A DNA stretch of 64,000 nucleotides, from positions 34,441 through 98,440 of the IMG/VR virus record IMGVR_UViG_3300047444_000577; one strand, 5' to 3'. Source of the DNA: a virus. Position 1 is the stretch's first letter, and each line of letters opens with the position of its first letter. Below are positions 19,979-29,373 of this stretch, one piece after another. The notes beneath the pieces are model-generated. The model had not been told where the DNA came from and ran no database searches. It saw only the letters and a list, made by a program, of their open reading frames with translations. Both the position numbers and the translations under genes were made by a program.

Positions 19979-20797
19979 TCACCAGTACCCGTTGATGGTC
20001 TGGGTGGGGATCCCGGACTCGTCGTCGTTCTGGTGGCCTGGGCCGATTGGAGGCAGGATCCGCTGGGGCAGCGAGTAGTCGTCGAACTCGCGCTCTCGGT
20101 ACAGCGGCACCAGACGGTTGGTGGTGCGTGAGACCCGGCGCAGGTTCGTGACCTCGATCGTGAATAGGCCCACGCCCAGCTTCTGGCAGAGCATGGCGTA
20201 GCGGTCCGTCGTCGCAGCGATCTGAGTCTGCAACTGCGCGAACCGCTGACCCCGGTCGACGGTCGTACCGTCCGAGGTCTGCACGTTGATGTCGGTGGCC
20301 GCGTCCGTCGACAGCGTCCACATCGCCTCGATCGAGGCGAGCAGCGCGACGAGCAGCTCTTCCTCCGCAGGGAGGTTCGCGACCGTCACCTGGCGCTCGT
20401 CGTAGCGGATGAATCCGTTGGCGTCCTGGTAGCGCGTCGAGACGGTACGCCCCTTGGTGTGCTGCGCGAGGGCGTCCGTGACCTTCTGGGTCAACTCCTC
20501 GTCCGAGAAGAGTCCATAGGAGTTCCCGGCGACCAGCAGGAGCACATCGACAGGCAGGGGTACCGTCAGGTCGATGATGCCGTTGAGGTCGTCCAGCGTG
20601 TAGTCGGCCGGGGTGGCGAGGGTGGTCTGCGTGGTGCCTGTGAGGGAGACCACGGACAGTCCGGTGGTGGAGATGTTCTGGGCGCTCAGCTCGTACTGGA
20701 GAACATCCCCCGTGCCCCGAAGGGTGTCGCGGAACGGCTGCAGGCGGTCGCCTATCTCCCCGCGTACGCGCGTGACCAGGTCGGTCATAGTAGCCAT
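19979..20797 (-). CDS. Head-tail adaptor protein (putative)
   Basis: MTDLVTRVRGEIGD...FSDEEL pattern of adaptor proteins; synteny. Confidence 0.55.
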   Translation of the reverse strand: MATMTDLVTRVRGEIGDRLQPFRDTLRGTGDVLQYELSAQNISTTGLSVVSLTGTTQTTLATPADYTLDDLNGIIDLTVPLPVDVLLLVAGNSYGLFSDEELTQKVTDALAQHTKGRTVSTRYQDANGFIRYDERQVTVANLPAEEELLVALLASIEAMWTLSTDAATDINVQTSDGTTVDRGQRFAQLQTQIAATTDRYAMLCQKLGVGLFTIEVTNLRRVSRTTNRLVPLYREREFDDYSLPQRILPPIGPGHQNDDESGIPTQTINGYW

Positions 20798-20810
20798 TCC
20801 GCGACCCCTC

Positions 20811-21230
20811 TCAGGATCCGTTGAGCGTCAGAAGGCCAGCGGCGATCTGGAGGGACTCGGCGGTGACGGCGAGCATCGGCGAAGCGATAGGCCAGACGTA
20901 CATCACGTCCACGCCGGTCGTGCCGGTGGCCGCAGAGACCAGTGCGGCGTAGGAGGCCGCGTCGGTCATGTCCGCCGTGAATGGGCCGTAGAACAGCAGC
21001 GCGCTGTTCTGGGTGGTCATCGGGGTGCCGGACGGAGCCGTCCACACCACCTGCTGGCGCGCGTACCCGGGGGTCGTGATCTCGGCCAGCGTGGAGGCGT
21101 CGGTCAGCGGTGAGCCCGGGTCCGCAGTGAGCAGAGCCAGGTAGGTGTTGCGCGTGGTGGTCCGCGCGATTGCCCGGCCCGTGAGAAGGTCCAGGGCATT
21201 GGCCGCCCACACAGCGTTGGTACCGGACAT
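20811..21230 (-). CDS. Virion structural protein
   Basis: YLALLTADP...EI...GYARQ.V motif common in phage fibre/decoration proteins. Confidence 0.6.
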   Translation of the reverse strand: MSGTNAVWAANALDLLTGRAIARTTTRNTYLALLTADPGSPLTDASTLAEITTPGYARQQVVWTAPSGTPMTTQNSALLFYGPFTADMTDAASYAALVSAATGTTGVDVMYVWPIASPMLAVTAESLQIAAGLLTLNGS

Positions 21231-21526
21231 CAGGCGTCCACCTTCTTGAACATCCGCAGGAAGTCGGACACGTGCAGGGAGAACAGACGCCGGGCGGTAC
21301 CGGGGGCGTGCGTGCCCTCGTCGGTGATGACGTGGGTGGCGTGCTCATGCGACAGCACGACCGAAGCCTCACCCGCGTGTCCGACGCCAGCGGTACCCGC
21401 CTCGTGGACGGCCTCGAACTGCACGACCGAGCCGTTGGGGATGTGGCCCATGCCAGAGCCGAGGCCCTCGGGGCTGTCGAGCACGAAGGAGTCACCGGCC
21501 ACCGGGGCCGGAACAGGGGTAGTCAT
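21230..21526 (-). CDS. Hypothetical protein (head module)
   Basis: RBS GGAG; translationally coupled to the next gene. Confidence 0.6.
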   Translation of the reverse strand: MTTPVPAPVAGDSFVLDSPEGLGSGMGHIPNGSVVQFEAVHEAGTAGVGHAGEASVVLSHEHATHVITDEGTHAPGTARRLFSLHVSDFLRMFKKVDA

Positions 21527-21546
21527 GAAGGAGGTCTCCTACTGGC

Positions 21547-21927
21547 TCAGTGCCAGATGTATCCGAGGTCGTCCAGGTGGTCGTACAGCGGCTTCGGGGC
21601 GCGGTAGCGGATGCCCTCCTCGAAGTCGTAGTGCTGGCCGTGGCCGAAGGTCATTTGCTCGATGGTGGAGTTGACGCGGAACTCGCGCAGCGGCACCTCG
21701 ACGTCGACCGTGTCGGAGACCTCGATCGCGGATGGGGCCGGAGGCGGGGTCATGTCGCGGGGAAGGACGTCGTGGACGGTGTCGTCACGCTCAGCCGCAG
21801 CCGCCTCGTTCATGAGGGAGATCTCGTTCTCGCGCCGCTTCAGTTCCTCGGCGTTCTCCTTGGCCAGCATGGCCTTGTTGCGGCCGGTGAGGTCACCAGG
21901 GCGAGCGACATTTCGTGCAGTAGGCAT
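21547..21927 (-). CDS. Hypothetical protein downstream of the capsid gene
   Basis: RBS GGAGA; good GC3 codon bias. Confidence 0.65.
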   Translation of the reverse strand: MPTARNVARPGDLTGRNKAMLAKENAEELKRRENEISLMNEAAAAERDDTVHDVLPRDMTPPPAPSAIEVSDTVDVEVPLREFRVNSTIEQMTFGHGQHYDFEEGIRYRAPKPLYDHLDDLGYIWH

Positions 21928-21982
21928 TCAGTTCTCCGGATTCGGAACTCGTAGCAGTGAATCAGTACAAGGCTAACGAGAA

Positions 21983-22014
21983 AGGGGAGCCGCACGTTAA
22001 AGTGCGGCTCCCCT
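21983..22014 (-). terminator. Rho-independent terminator after the capsid gene
   Basis: AGGGGAGCCGCAC/GTGCGGCTCCCCT 13-bp stem with TTT on the minus strand. Confidence 0.75.
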
Positions 22015-22070
22015 ATCGGGTCTTGATGCTGTCACCAACTCAGCAGGCGGGGCCTTGCGGCGGCGCTAAC

Positions 22071-23903
22071 TCAGTTGGTCTCGGCGATCAGGACGGCCTG
22101 GTCGGTGATGAGGCCAAGGCCCCAGATCGCGTACCAGGCGAGTGCGTGCTCTCGCATTCTGTTACCCCTCCGGTCTCCCGGAGTGGGCTGGTCATTTCTG
22201 CCAGCCTCTGCATGTCTCCATGCAGATCCGAACTATATCTTCACCCGCGTGGGGTGACCCGTACATAGTCTGTGAACCTTCCCCAGCTAAAGGGCTCGGC
22301 TGCTGATTATCCCTACCCTCAGATTTTCAAGCGTTCACGCTCAGACTTTCGTCTCACGTTGTAGCTCTGAGGTCTAGCAGGACGTCCCAGCAATTCTCGG
22401 GTTGTTCACTGACAGATTGCTCTGTCAGGCGGCCAAAGTGAAACCGAAGTCGAGGATGCCGCCGTCGCGCAGTTCCACCGGGAGGGAGATCGCGTGCCCG
22501 AAGGCGTTGTCGCCCAGGAAGATGCTCTGGTAGACCGTCTTCCCCAGTGCGTTGGTGAACTGCTTCACCTGCGTGGTCTCGATGAACACCACGTCGTTGA
22601 GGCGGCCGATCTCGCCGATCATGAACGAGCCCGGGGCCGCGTACTTGGTGACCTCGATCCACTCGGGGTCATCGCGCAACTGCCGCGACTGGTGCGGGTG
22701 GACGAACGCCACGTACGTGTCCCCCAAGCGGGGGACGTTCTTGGTGCTCAGTGTCTCGGTGGCGTCCTTGGTGAGGGCCGCCGTGAAACTGAAGGTGCCG
22801 TCCAGCAGGTCAGTGCCGGTGGCGGCGGTGCCGTGCGAGTACTGCGCCATGACGCCGAACGCGCTGGTCTGGGCGTACTTGTTGTAGCCCCAGATCTTGC
22901 TCGACGCCTGCAGGAGGGTGTCCCGCGCGGACTGGTCGAGGTAGAGCGCCATGTTTCGCGTTCTGTTACCCCTCCGGATTTCTCCGAAGTGGGCTGGTCA
23001 TTTCTGCCAGCCTCTACAGGTTTCCCTGTAGACCCGAACATCTCTTGACCCTCTCGGGTCTCCCGTGCATGTTCTGTGAACCTTCCCCAGTTAAGGGGCT
23101 CGGCTGCTGATTGTCCCTACCCTCTTCTTCTCAAACCATCGCGCTCGGGCTTTCGCCCCACGCTGTGGTGAAGAGGTCTAGCAGGATGTTCCAGCAATTC
23201 TCGGGATTTTCACTGAGAGGTTTCCCTCTCAGGCGGCCAAAGTGAGACCGAGCAGACGCGAGGCCGAGGCCATCACGTCGTCGAAGGACGCGTTGAGCAG
23301 GAGTTCGGAGACGGCGACCGCGTAGCCGTGCTCAGCCACCGTGATGGAGAACTGAGAGGCCGACAGGGCGTTGGTCTGCATCCGAACGCCTTCGACCAAC
23401 TGGGAAGCGGCTCCCAAATTGTTGTACCTCATGAAGTTGATTTGGAGACCGGGCTGAACACCCAACTCCGTCTTCTTCACGGCGAACTGCTCGACAATTC
23501 GCGATTGTTACCCGCTGGCTGCGGGGCCAAAGCATTTCTGTCTGGCTCTTGCACTTTTCCATCGTGCAAGTTCGGACTATATTTTCATCTCCAGTACCGA
23601 CCTACTGCCCATCTAAAGGCTGGAACTGTTGGAGATGCCTCGCGTGTAGTCTCTACGGAGTCCCAGATGTTGGGTTCCCTCGGTATTCCCCATTCGCCCA
23701 TTTGGAGGGGTTCACCGATACAGCGTGGTTCTCACTGACCCATCACTGGATCAGGCGGCCCGAGACCGGAGGATCGGCATGCTCTGGAACAGGATCTCCT
23801 TGGACCAGATGGTCTGGATCGCCGCACCGAGCGTGCTGTTGGCACCCGAGTAGTTCGTCGGCGAGGCCGACAGGTTCGGGGTACCGGTGATTGCACTGGG
23901 CAT
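22071..23903 (-). CDS. Major capsid protein (N4 gp56-like), four exons: 23903-23765, 23494-23247, 22958-22443, 22154-22071; 328 aa spliced
   Basis: Spliced junctions read ..MPILR-F-EQFAVKK.., ..SRLLG-RNMALYLD.., ..GGILDFG-REHALAWY..; HPHQSRQLRDD and GEIGRL..V.FIET motifs; follows the scaffold gene. Confidence 0.92.
22155..22442 (-). ncRNA. Group I intron 3 of the capsid gene (288 nt)
   Basis: UUCGGU|...AACAGAAUG|CGAGAG; P AAUUGCUGG, Q AAUCAGCAG, R GUUCACAGACUA, S AAGAUAUAGUUC; P2 stem with GCAA loop. Confidence 0.93.
22959..23246 (-). ncRNA. Group I intron 2 of the capsid gene (288 nt)
   Basis: CUCGGU|...AACAGAACG|CGAAAC; same core as intron 3 with a compensatory P7 (GAACAU/AUGUUC); P2 with GAAA loop. 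Confidence 0.93.
23495..23764 (-). ncRNA. Group I intron 1 of the capsid gene (270 nt, divergent core)
   Basis: CUCCGGU|...GCGAAUUG|UCGAG; P UAUCGGUGAA, Q AAUACCGAG, R CGUAGAGACUA, S AAAAUAUAGUCC; P10 CUCGG/UCGAG. Confidence 0.9.
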
Positions 23904-23935
23904 GTGTCAGTCCTTTTGTTGCGGGTACTCGTGGA

Positions 23936-24781
23936 TTACGAGTACAGTCCACGCTGGTTACCGGCCGACTGGCCGATCCCCAACTGGCCCCGAATCTTGG
24001 CGTATTCCGACATCGGCATGTCCTTCAGGTCGCTGACGGAGTACGACTTGTGTCCCGGTTCAGAGTCCATTGGTCCAGTCGTGGCATATCCCGTAGGGCT
24101 GACTCCACGCATCTGCGAGCGCTGCTGAATCGCAGCCTGCTGAACAGACTCAAGAATAGCCTGAGTCTTTCCCTTGAGGGTATTCAGGCTTTCCTCGACC
24201 TGCTCCGGCGAATTGCCGGTCACGAGGTCGAGAAGTTCTGGGGCGATGTTGTCCTGCTCCTCGCCGACGCGGCGCTGGATGTAGGACTGCAGGGCGTTGA
24301 ACTCCTGCTCCTTCGCGAAGAGGGCGCGCTCGTTCTCGCGATCCGCCTCGAACTGGGCGAAGCGGCTGTTCCACTCCGCCTCCTTGGCCGCCAGGAGGTC
24401 CTTGGCGGACATCTCCTGCTCGGCCTGAGTGCGGGCGGCCTCCTGGGCCTGGCGCTGCCGCTCTGCCTCGGCCTCCTGGGCCTCCTCCCGCGCCTTGCGC
24501 TGGGCCTCGATCTCGTCCAGGAACTTCTTGTTCTGGGTCTCGACCGTGTCCAGGCGCTTGTACAACTTGTCCTTCTCCTCCTGCCGCGCCCGCTCGATGT
24601 CCGCAGCAGTGAAGCGCGGCTCAGCGGGGGCCGGAGTCGGCGGGGGGACGACCGGGATGGTGATGACCGGCTCGCCGGGCTCAGGTGCGCCGCCAGCGAT
24701 GTTGTAGATCGGCGAGCCGTTCTTGCGGTGGCCCAGCACGGTCATGGCGGGCAGGGAAATGCCCGAGGTATGAAGCGGCAT
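23936..24781 (-). CDS. Capsid scaffolding protein
   Basis: Coiled-coil, E/Q/A-rich protein between portal and capsid; FTAADIERARQEEKDKLY. Confidence 0.8.
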   Translation of the reverse strand: MPLHTSGISLPAMTVLGHRKNGSPIYNIAGGAPEPGEPVITIPVVPPPTPAPAEPRFTAADIERARQEEKDKLYKRLDTVETQNKKFLDEIEAQRKAREEAQEAEAERQRQAQEAARTQAEQEMSAKDLLAAKEAEWNSRFAQFEADRENERALFAKEQEFNALQSYIQRRVGEEQDNIAPELLDLVTGNSPEQVEESLNTLKGKTQAILESVQQAAIQQRSQMRGVSPTGYATTGPMDSEPGHKSYSVSDLKDMPMSEYAKIRGQLGIGQSAGNQRGLYS

Positions 24782-24794
24782 TCGCTTTCGACTC

Positions 24795-26513
24795 CTAGTC
24801 GGTATCTGTGTCCGGATTTCGGCGGAGTCCCGCTCTGGGGCCATACGCCTGTGTCACGATCTCGTTGATCATTTTCTGAACCTCGGGTGCTGTAATGGAC
24901 CCGAGATCGAGTCCACCGGGGAGCGACACCGGATTCGGACCCCCAGGCGCATTGATCGGGTTACCGGCCGCATCCGTCTGAGGTGCAGGCGCATCCACCC
25001 CATCCGGTGGCATTCCCGTCAACGAGAGAATAGCCGAGTCGAACTGCGCCTTTAGCATGCGCAATGCGGCCTGCTGCTTGGCGTCCTCGATCTGCTCCTC
25101 GAATATCTCCCTGACCTTCTCGTCGGGGAACTCCTCGCCCAGTGTGTGCAGCGCCCCGCGCATCGACTCCAGACCCAGGGACATCTTCACCTGGATCTCG
25201 TTCAGCGCGATGAGAACGTCGACAGGGAGAGGTGCTGGCCATTCGCACTCGGTGAAGTAGGCCATGGGATCCCGGACGTCCACCATCGTTGGCTGGTCGC
25301 TCTTCATGATTCCCTCGGTGGAGGGATCGTAGAGGCGCGTCTCAGGCTCGAAGGTGAACAGGGTCTTGAGGATCAAGTTGTTGATCTTCTGCAAGCCGAC
25401 GGAATACTGCAGACGCTTCTGGTCGTATTTGGCCATCATGGGCCGGAACTGGATTGCCAGGGCGACACCCGACGTGTTGCTCACGGCCTGCATCTGACCA
25501 AGTGCGGTCTCTGGAACACCCGTGATCTCGTGCATGGAACGCTTGAGGAGTTCCAGGTACGCGAGAGGACCATTCAGGTCCATCCCGGACTCCAGATTGA
25601 ACACCTGGGCGTCCTTCGGGAGTCCTCCCCACACCTTGCGTGGGCCGCGCTCCAGGTTGCTCGCCTTCGCGCCCGTGATGATCGTTACGGGGGCCGCACC
25701 GTAGTTGATGATGTCGCTGATATCGGTGGCCTTCTCGTTGTACTCACGATTCAGGCTGATGATGTCGGCGATGTCGGAAAGGCCCCAAGGAGATCCGGAG
25801 ACCTGGGTGTTCGCGATGTGGACGACGGGGATGACACCGAGCGGGTTGGGCCGGGAGTCGATCAGCTCGTCATCCAGGTACTCCTCGATGACGTCGTCGG
25901 TCAGCACCTCGACGTAGGTGCGCACACTTCGCGTCCCGTCCTCGCCGGTCGACCAGAAGCGGTATTTCAGTTTGAAGCGGATCAGCCGGTCCCGCGAATG
26001 GGGGTGCCACTCGGGGAAGCAAAAGGCTGAGTTGAGCGGAAGGATCTTGACCTGCCCCGGCTGCTTCTGTCCCAGACTGTCTACGTATTCGGGGGCGTAG
26101 GCGACCTTCACAAAGGAATCGCCACTGACACCTCCCTGCTGGCCCATCTCCCACAGGAGCTGGTGCTTGGAGTTGTCGACCTCCCAGGCCCGCTTGAGCA
26201 GGGCTGGGATGATGTGCTCGTACTCCTTGACGCTCTTGAAGTGAACGCCTCGGCCGAAAGTGAAGTTGAGGATGTAGTCGGCGAACGCCTTCACGTAGTT
26301 GAACGTGAGTTGCGGCTCGCCAGCCTCGCGCCGGAACGCCCAGTGGTGACCCAAGTAATATGCGAAGTTCTGGGCATAGCGGTTAAGGCGTGGGCCGTGT
26401 ACCTCAAACTCTTCGTCCGCCAACTCAACCAGCCCGAGGGGCGAGATCTGGACCGTGAGGTCCGACTGCCCGGCCCGCTGGCTAGGGCTGGCGAAGGAGA
26501 TGGCTTGACTCAT
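24795..26513 (-). CDS. Portal protein (SPP1 gp6-like)
   Basis: YYLGHH, NPLGVIPVVHIAN, WGLSDI..IISLNREYN, SNTSGVAL motifs. Confidence 0.9.
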   Translation of the reverse strand: MSQAISFASPSQRAGQSDLTVQISPLGLVELADEEFEVHGPRLNRYAQNFAYYLGHHWAFRREAGEPQLTFNYVKAFADYILNFTFGRGVHFKSVKEYEHIIPALLKRAWEVDNSKHQLLWEMGQQGGVSGDSFVKVAYAPEYVDSLGQKQPGQVKILPLNSAFCFPEWHPHSRDRLIRFKLKYRFWSTGEDGTRSVRTYVEVLTDDVIEEYLDDELIDSRPNPLGVIPVVHIANTQVSGSPWGLSDIADIISLNREYNEKATDISDIINYGAAPVTIITGAKASNLERGPRKVWGGLPKDAQVFNLESGMDLNGPLAYLELLKRSMHEITGVPETALGQMQAVSNTSGVALAIQFRPMMAKYDQKRLQYSVGLQKINNLILKTLFTFEPETRLYDPSTEGIMKSDQPTMVDVRDPMAYFTECEWPAPLPVDVLIALNEIQVKMSLGLESMRGALHTLGEEFPDEKVREIFEEQIEDAKQQAALRMLKAQFDSAILSLTGMPPDGVDAPAPQTDAAGNPINAPGGPNPVSLPGGLDLGSITAPEVQKMINEIVTQAYGPRAGLRRNPDTDTD

Positions 26514-26529
26514 CGCGTGGGACTCCGAC

Positions 26530-26820
26530 TCAGATTTCGATCAGGCGCGTGGGGGTGAGGTTCCGCGTCGCGCGCTTGGCCTCGCGGCGGCTCCCGAAGG
26601 GGTCACCGCGCTGAATGACGTCTCCGCTGGGCAGGACCTCGTGCACGGCGTACTGGCGCGTGCGGCTGCCGTCCTCTGCCTCGACGGGAGTGCCACGTAC
26701 GAGGTATCGGTCGTCGATGAGGCGTTTACCTACGGTCTCGCCCTGGTGCAGGCCGAGTCGTGGGACTACCTCATCGACGGTCGCCTTGGGGGTCCTGCGG
26801 CGGTCGTGGAAGGCGACCAT
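26530..26820 (-). CDS. Hypothetical protein
   Basis: In the operon between terminase and portal. Confidence 0.55.
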   Translation of the reverse strand: MVAFHDRRRTPKATVDEVVPRLGLHQGETVGKRLIDDRYLVRGTPVEAEDGSRTRQYAVHEVLPSGDVIQRGDPFGSRREAKRATRNLTPTRLIEI

Positions 26821-26822
26821 GC

Positions 26823-27224
26823 TCAGTCGTCAACCACGGCGGGGTTGATCCGCTGGTACCGGCCGCCGGAGCGGTCGACCTGCTCGTAGGAGACGCTGGC
26901 GTAGTCGGTGAAGGAGCCCTCCGCGAAGCCGCTCAGGTAGGTCGGTGCCTCGACCCAGGCTGCGGAGCCGACGTGCGCGCGCTCGGCCATGGTCTCCTGC
27001 GGAGACTTCTCGTAGACGTTCGCGTTGTGGTTGGGCCTGCCGGGCGCGGTGAGGTAGCCCTGCATGACCCCCTTGGCGAACTCCGATGGCACGTCGGTGT
27101 CGGTGGCCACGCCCTCTTCGAACCTGAGGGGACCGCGCCTGACCGAGTTCGACGCCATCTTGCGCTCGTAGACAGCGCCTGCCCGCTCCTGGACCTGGGG
27201 GTCGGGCGCGATATTTCCAGCCAT
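26823..27224 (-). CDS. Hypothetical protein (virion module)
   Basis: RBS GAGG; strong GC3 bias. Confidence 0.65.
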   Translation of the reverse strand: MAGNIAPDPQVQERAGAVYERKMASNSVRRGPLRFEEGVATDTDVPSEFAKGVMQGYLTAPGRPNHNANVYEKSPQETMAERAHVGSAAWVEAPTYLSGFAEGSFTDYASVSYEQVDRSGGRYQRINPAVVDD

Positions 27225-27287
27225 TCCGTAATCCTCTTTCGATAGCGAGGTAACGGAATAAGCGTATGAGTAATGCAGAACCGGTTG

Positions 27288-27716
27288 TTAACTAGTGGTA
27301 GCCGCCGGAAGCGTGAAAAGGCTGGCCGGAGAGGTGGTCGCCGAGGGTACCTGGATGTCGTATTCCGTGCCCCCGGGGAAGCACTCCTTGACGTGCCAGG
27401 AGAAAGCCGGGGAAACACCGACGACATCAGTGGCCAGCAACGAGATCGTCAACAGTCCCTTCTCGATCCGCGAGTTAACCTCGTGGAGCCACACAACGGT
27501 GTCGCCGTCGGTCACCCGCTGCACGGACGGGGTGAACCGGACCATGGAGCCGTTCAGCGCGTTGCCCTGGTCGTCCACGTACTTCGCGGTCACCTGTACG
27601 ACAGTGAAGTTGGTGGGGAGAGACGTGGGTGGCGTCTCCGGTCCCGCAACGGTGGAGGCCTGCTGCGCCGTCCAGCCCGGGGAGCCCCATTCGTCGCCGT
27701 ACCAGTCGTTTGCCAT
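27288..27716 (-). CDS. Hypothetical, fibre-adaptor-like protein
   Basis: ATG at 27716 after AGGA; VTAKYVD..G..L.G..VRFTP pattern seen at phage fibre N-termini. Confidence 0.55.
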   Translation of the reverse strand: MANDWYGDEWGSPGWTAQQASTVAGPETPPTSLPTNFTVVQVTAKYVDDQGNALNGSMVRFTPSVQRVTDGDTVVWLHEVNSRIEKGLLTISLLATDVVGVSPAFSWHVKECFPGGTEYDIQVPSATTSPASLFTLPAATTS

Positions 27717-27730
27717 CGGGGGTCCTGTCG

Positions 27731-29296
27731 TTAGCGGAAGGGAGATCGAGAGACCTCGACCTCGGGCAGGGTGAAGTCCTTGGTGAGCACGCATGCCAGC
27801 GCGAGGGAGTCGGCGTAGTCGTCGTGGGCGTCGGCCGCCTTAGGTGCTTCGGCCAGGACGTAGGGGCCCTCGAATTTCTTCTCCAGGTCTTCCATCTGCT
27901 GCCTGAACCTTTTGTACGTTTTGAGGCGTCGCGTGTAGGCGTGGGCGGGCCAGGAGAGCAGCCCTCGGTCCATCAGTTCCATCAGGTGCTTCCAGCGCTT
28001 GGACTGCTCGGGTCGCTGGGAGGACAGGGGCACGATGTGTATGTCCGGCATCAGAACCTGCAGGCGCGAAAGGACGACGTCGCCCACACCGCCCTCGTCG
28101 ACTCCGACGGCGTAGACGGAGTAGGAGCGCACGAACTCCACGATTCGGAAGTACTGCTCCTCCCAGGCCATGCCGCCCAGGTCCATCCAGTTCAGCACCC
28201 GGTGCTCGTAGTACCCGTACTCGTCGGGCCGGTCCCACCTCACCCACACCGCCGTGACGATGGTGGAGTCCTGCTTGCGGGCGGGGTCGATGCCGATGAC
28301 GACGTGGCTCTTGTGGTAACTCTTCACCGCCTGCATGGACGTGTCGCCGAGTTCGTCCAGGCGCTCCGAGGTGGTGAACATGCCCTTGTCCAGGAGCCAC
28401 ATGAGCCTGTAGGACAGTTTGAACTCGTCGCTGTCCTCGCCGATGCGCAGAAGTTCCTTGTTGACGAACTTCTTGTAGTTGGCGTTCCACTTGGAGACCT
28501 CGCGCCAGTCGGCGTCGAAGTGGTTCTGGCGGGCCCCGCGCCGGGTGGCAGTGCGCTTGTTGATCTGGATCTGGTTGTAGAACACGCCCTTCTCGTAAGT
28601 GGGCGTGCCGGTGAAGCACATCGTGGCGTTGGTCGAGGCACCCATCGGGCCGATCGACTTGTTCACCATCTTCTCGTCCGCGCCCTGGCACTCGTCGATC
28701 AAGATCAAGTGGTAGGTGCGTCCTTCGATGGTGGCGCGGGGGTGGCACGTCTGCTTGCGCACCAGCGAGCCGGAGCGCTTGAGGGACAGCGAGCGGCCCT
28801 TGCCCTGGATCGAGTCGTCGATCTCGGGGTCGGCCAGGACTGCCAGGGCGTGCTCACTGGTCAGTCGGGCCACGATTCGCCCGTAGAGGTTGTCGGCCTG
28901 CTCCTCGACCGGCGCGAAGGCTCCGACCCAGAGGCCCTCCTTGTACTTGCCCAGGAGGTCAGGGAACAGCTTCGCGAGCCGAGGGAACATGATCATGCAG
29001 GCGGCGACAACGTTGGCCACCGTCTCGGACTTACCGGACTGGCGGGAGAACAGGGCAGTGAGAGTGGCCCCGTCGTTGATGATCAGGGACTCGATCAGGC
29101 GGGCTGCAAAGGGGCGCTGGTAGCCGTACAGCGGGTGGCCAGAGACCTCATCGACCACGAGGAGCATCTTGGCCACGAGTTGGTCGACAAAGGCCTGGCT
29201 TGTCTCATCGAGGATGACCTCGGTGTCCAGGCGCGCTTGGTGCTCTTCGTCGGTCTCATCGCTGATGACGTCGTAGTCGTAGTCTTCTGCCTCCAT
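27731..29296 (-). CDS. Terminase large subunit
   Basis: Walker A SRQSGKSE, Walker B ILIDECQ, GTP coupling motif, nuclease GIDPA..D and HDDYADSLAL. Confidence 0.95.
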   Translation of the reverse strand: MEAEDYDYDVISDETDEEHQARLDTEVILDETSQAFVDQLVAKMLLVVDEVSGHPLYGYQRPFAARLIESLIINDGATLTALFSRQSGKSETVANVVAACMIMFPRLAKLFPDLLGKYKEGLWVGAFAPVEEQADNLYGRIVARLTSEHALAVLADPEIDDSIQGKGRSLSLKRSGSLVRKQTCHPRATIEGRTYHLILIDECQGADEKMVNKSIGPMGASTNATMCFTGTPTYEKGVFYNQIQINKRTATRRGARQNHFDADWREVSKWNANYKKFVNKELLRIGEDSDEFKLSYRLMWLLDKGMFTTSERLDELGDTSMQAVKSYHKSHVVIGIDPARKQDSTIVTAVWVRWDRPDEYGYYEHRVLNWMDLGGMAWEEQYFRIVEFVRSYSVYAVGVDEGGVGDVVLSRLQVLMPDIHIVPLSSQRPEQSKRWKHLMELMDRGLLSWPAHAYTRRLKTYKRFRQQMEDLEKKFEGPYVLAEAPKAADAHDDYADSLALACVLTKDFTLPEVEVSRSPFR

Positions 29297-29373
29297 AACG
29301 GAACACGCCCAATCCCAAACCCGGTTTTGCTATCCGGATTCGAGATTAGGCGTATTCAGCTACCGCTTTGTAA

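Noticed and set aside
14638-23764. All four intron lengths are multiples of three (291, 288, 288, 270), suggesting inteins or read-through
   Set aside because: Each has an in-frame stop near its 5' end (intron 3 has a second), and none has intein motifs; three are paralogues, so the lengths are not independent
14284-23903. Capsid and tube fragments as pseudogenes, or the three similar 290-bp inserts as MITE/IS repeats
   Set aside because: The inserts have no terminal inverted repeats or target duplications, they contain group I cores, and U/G-bounded removal restores the reading frames exactly
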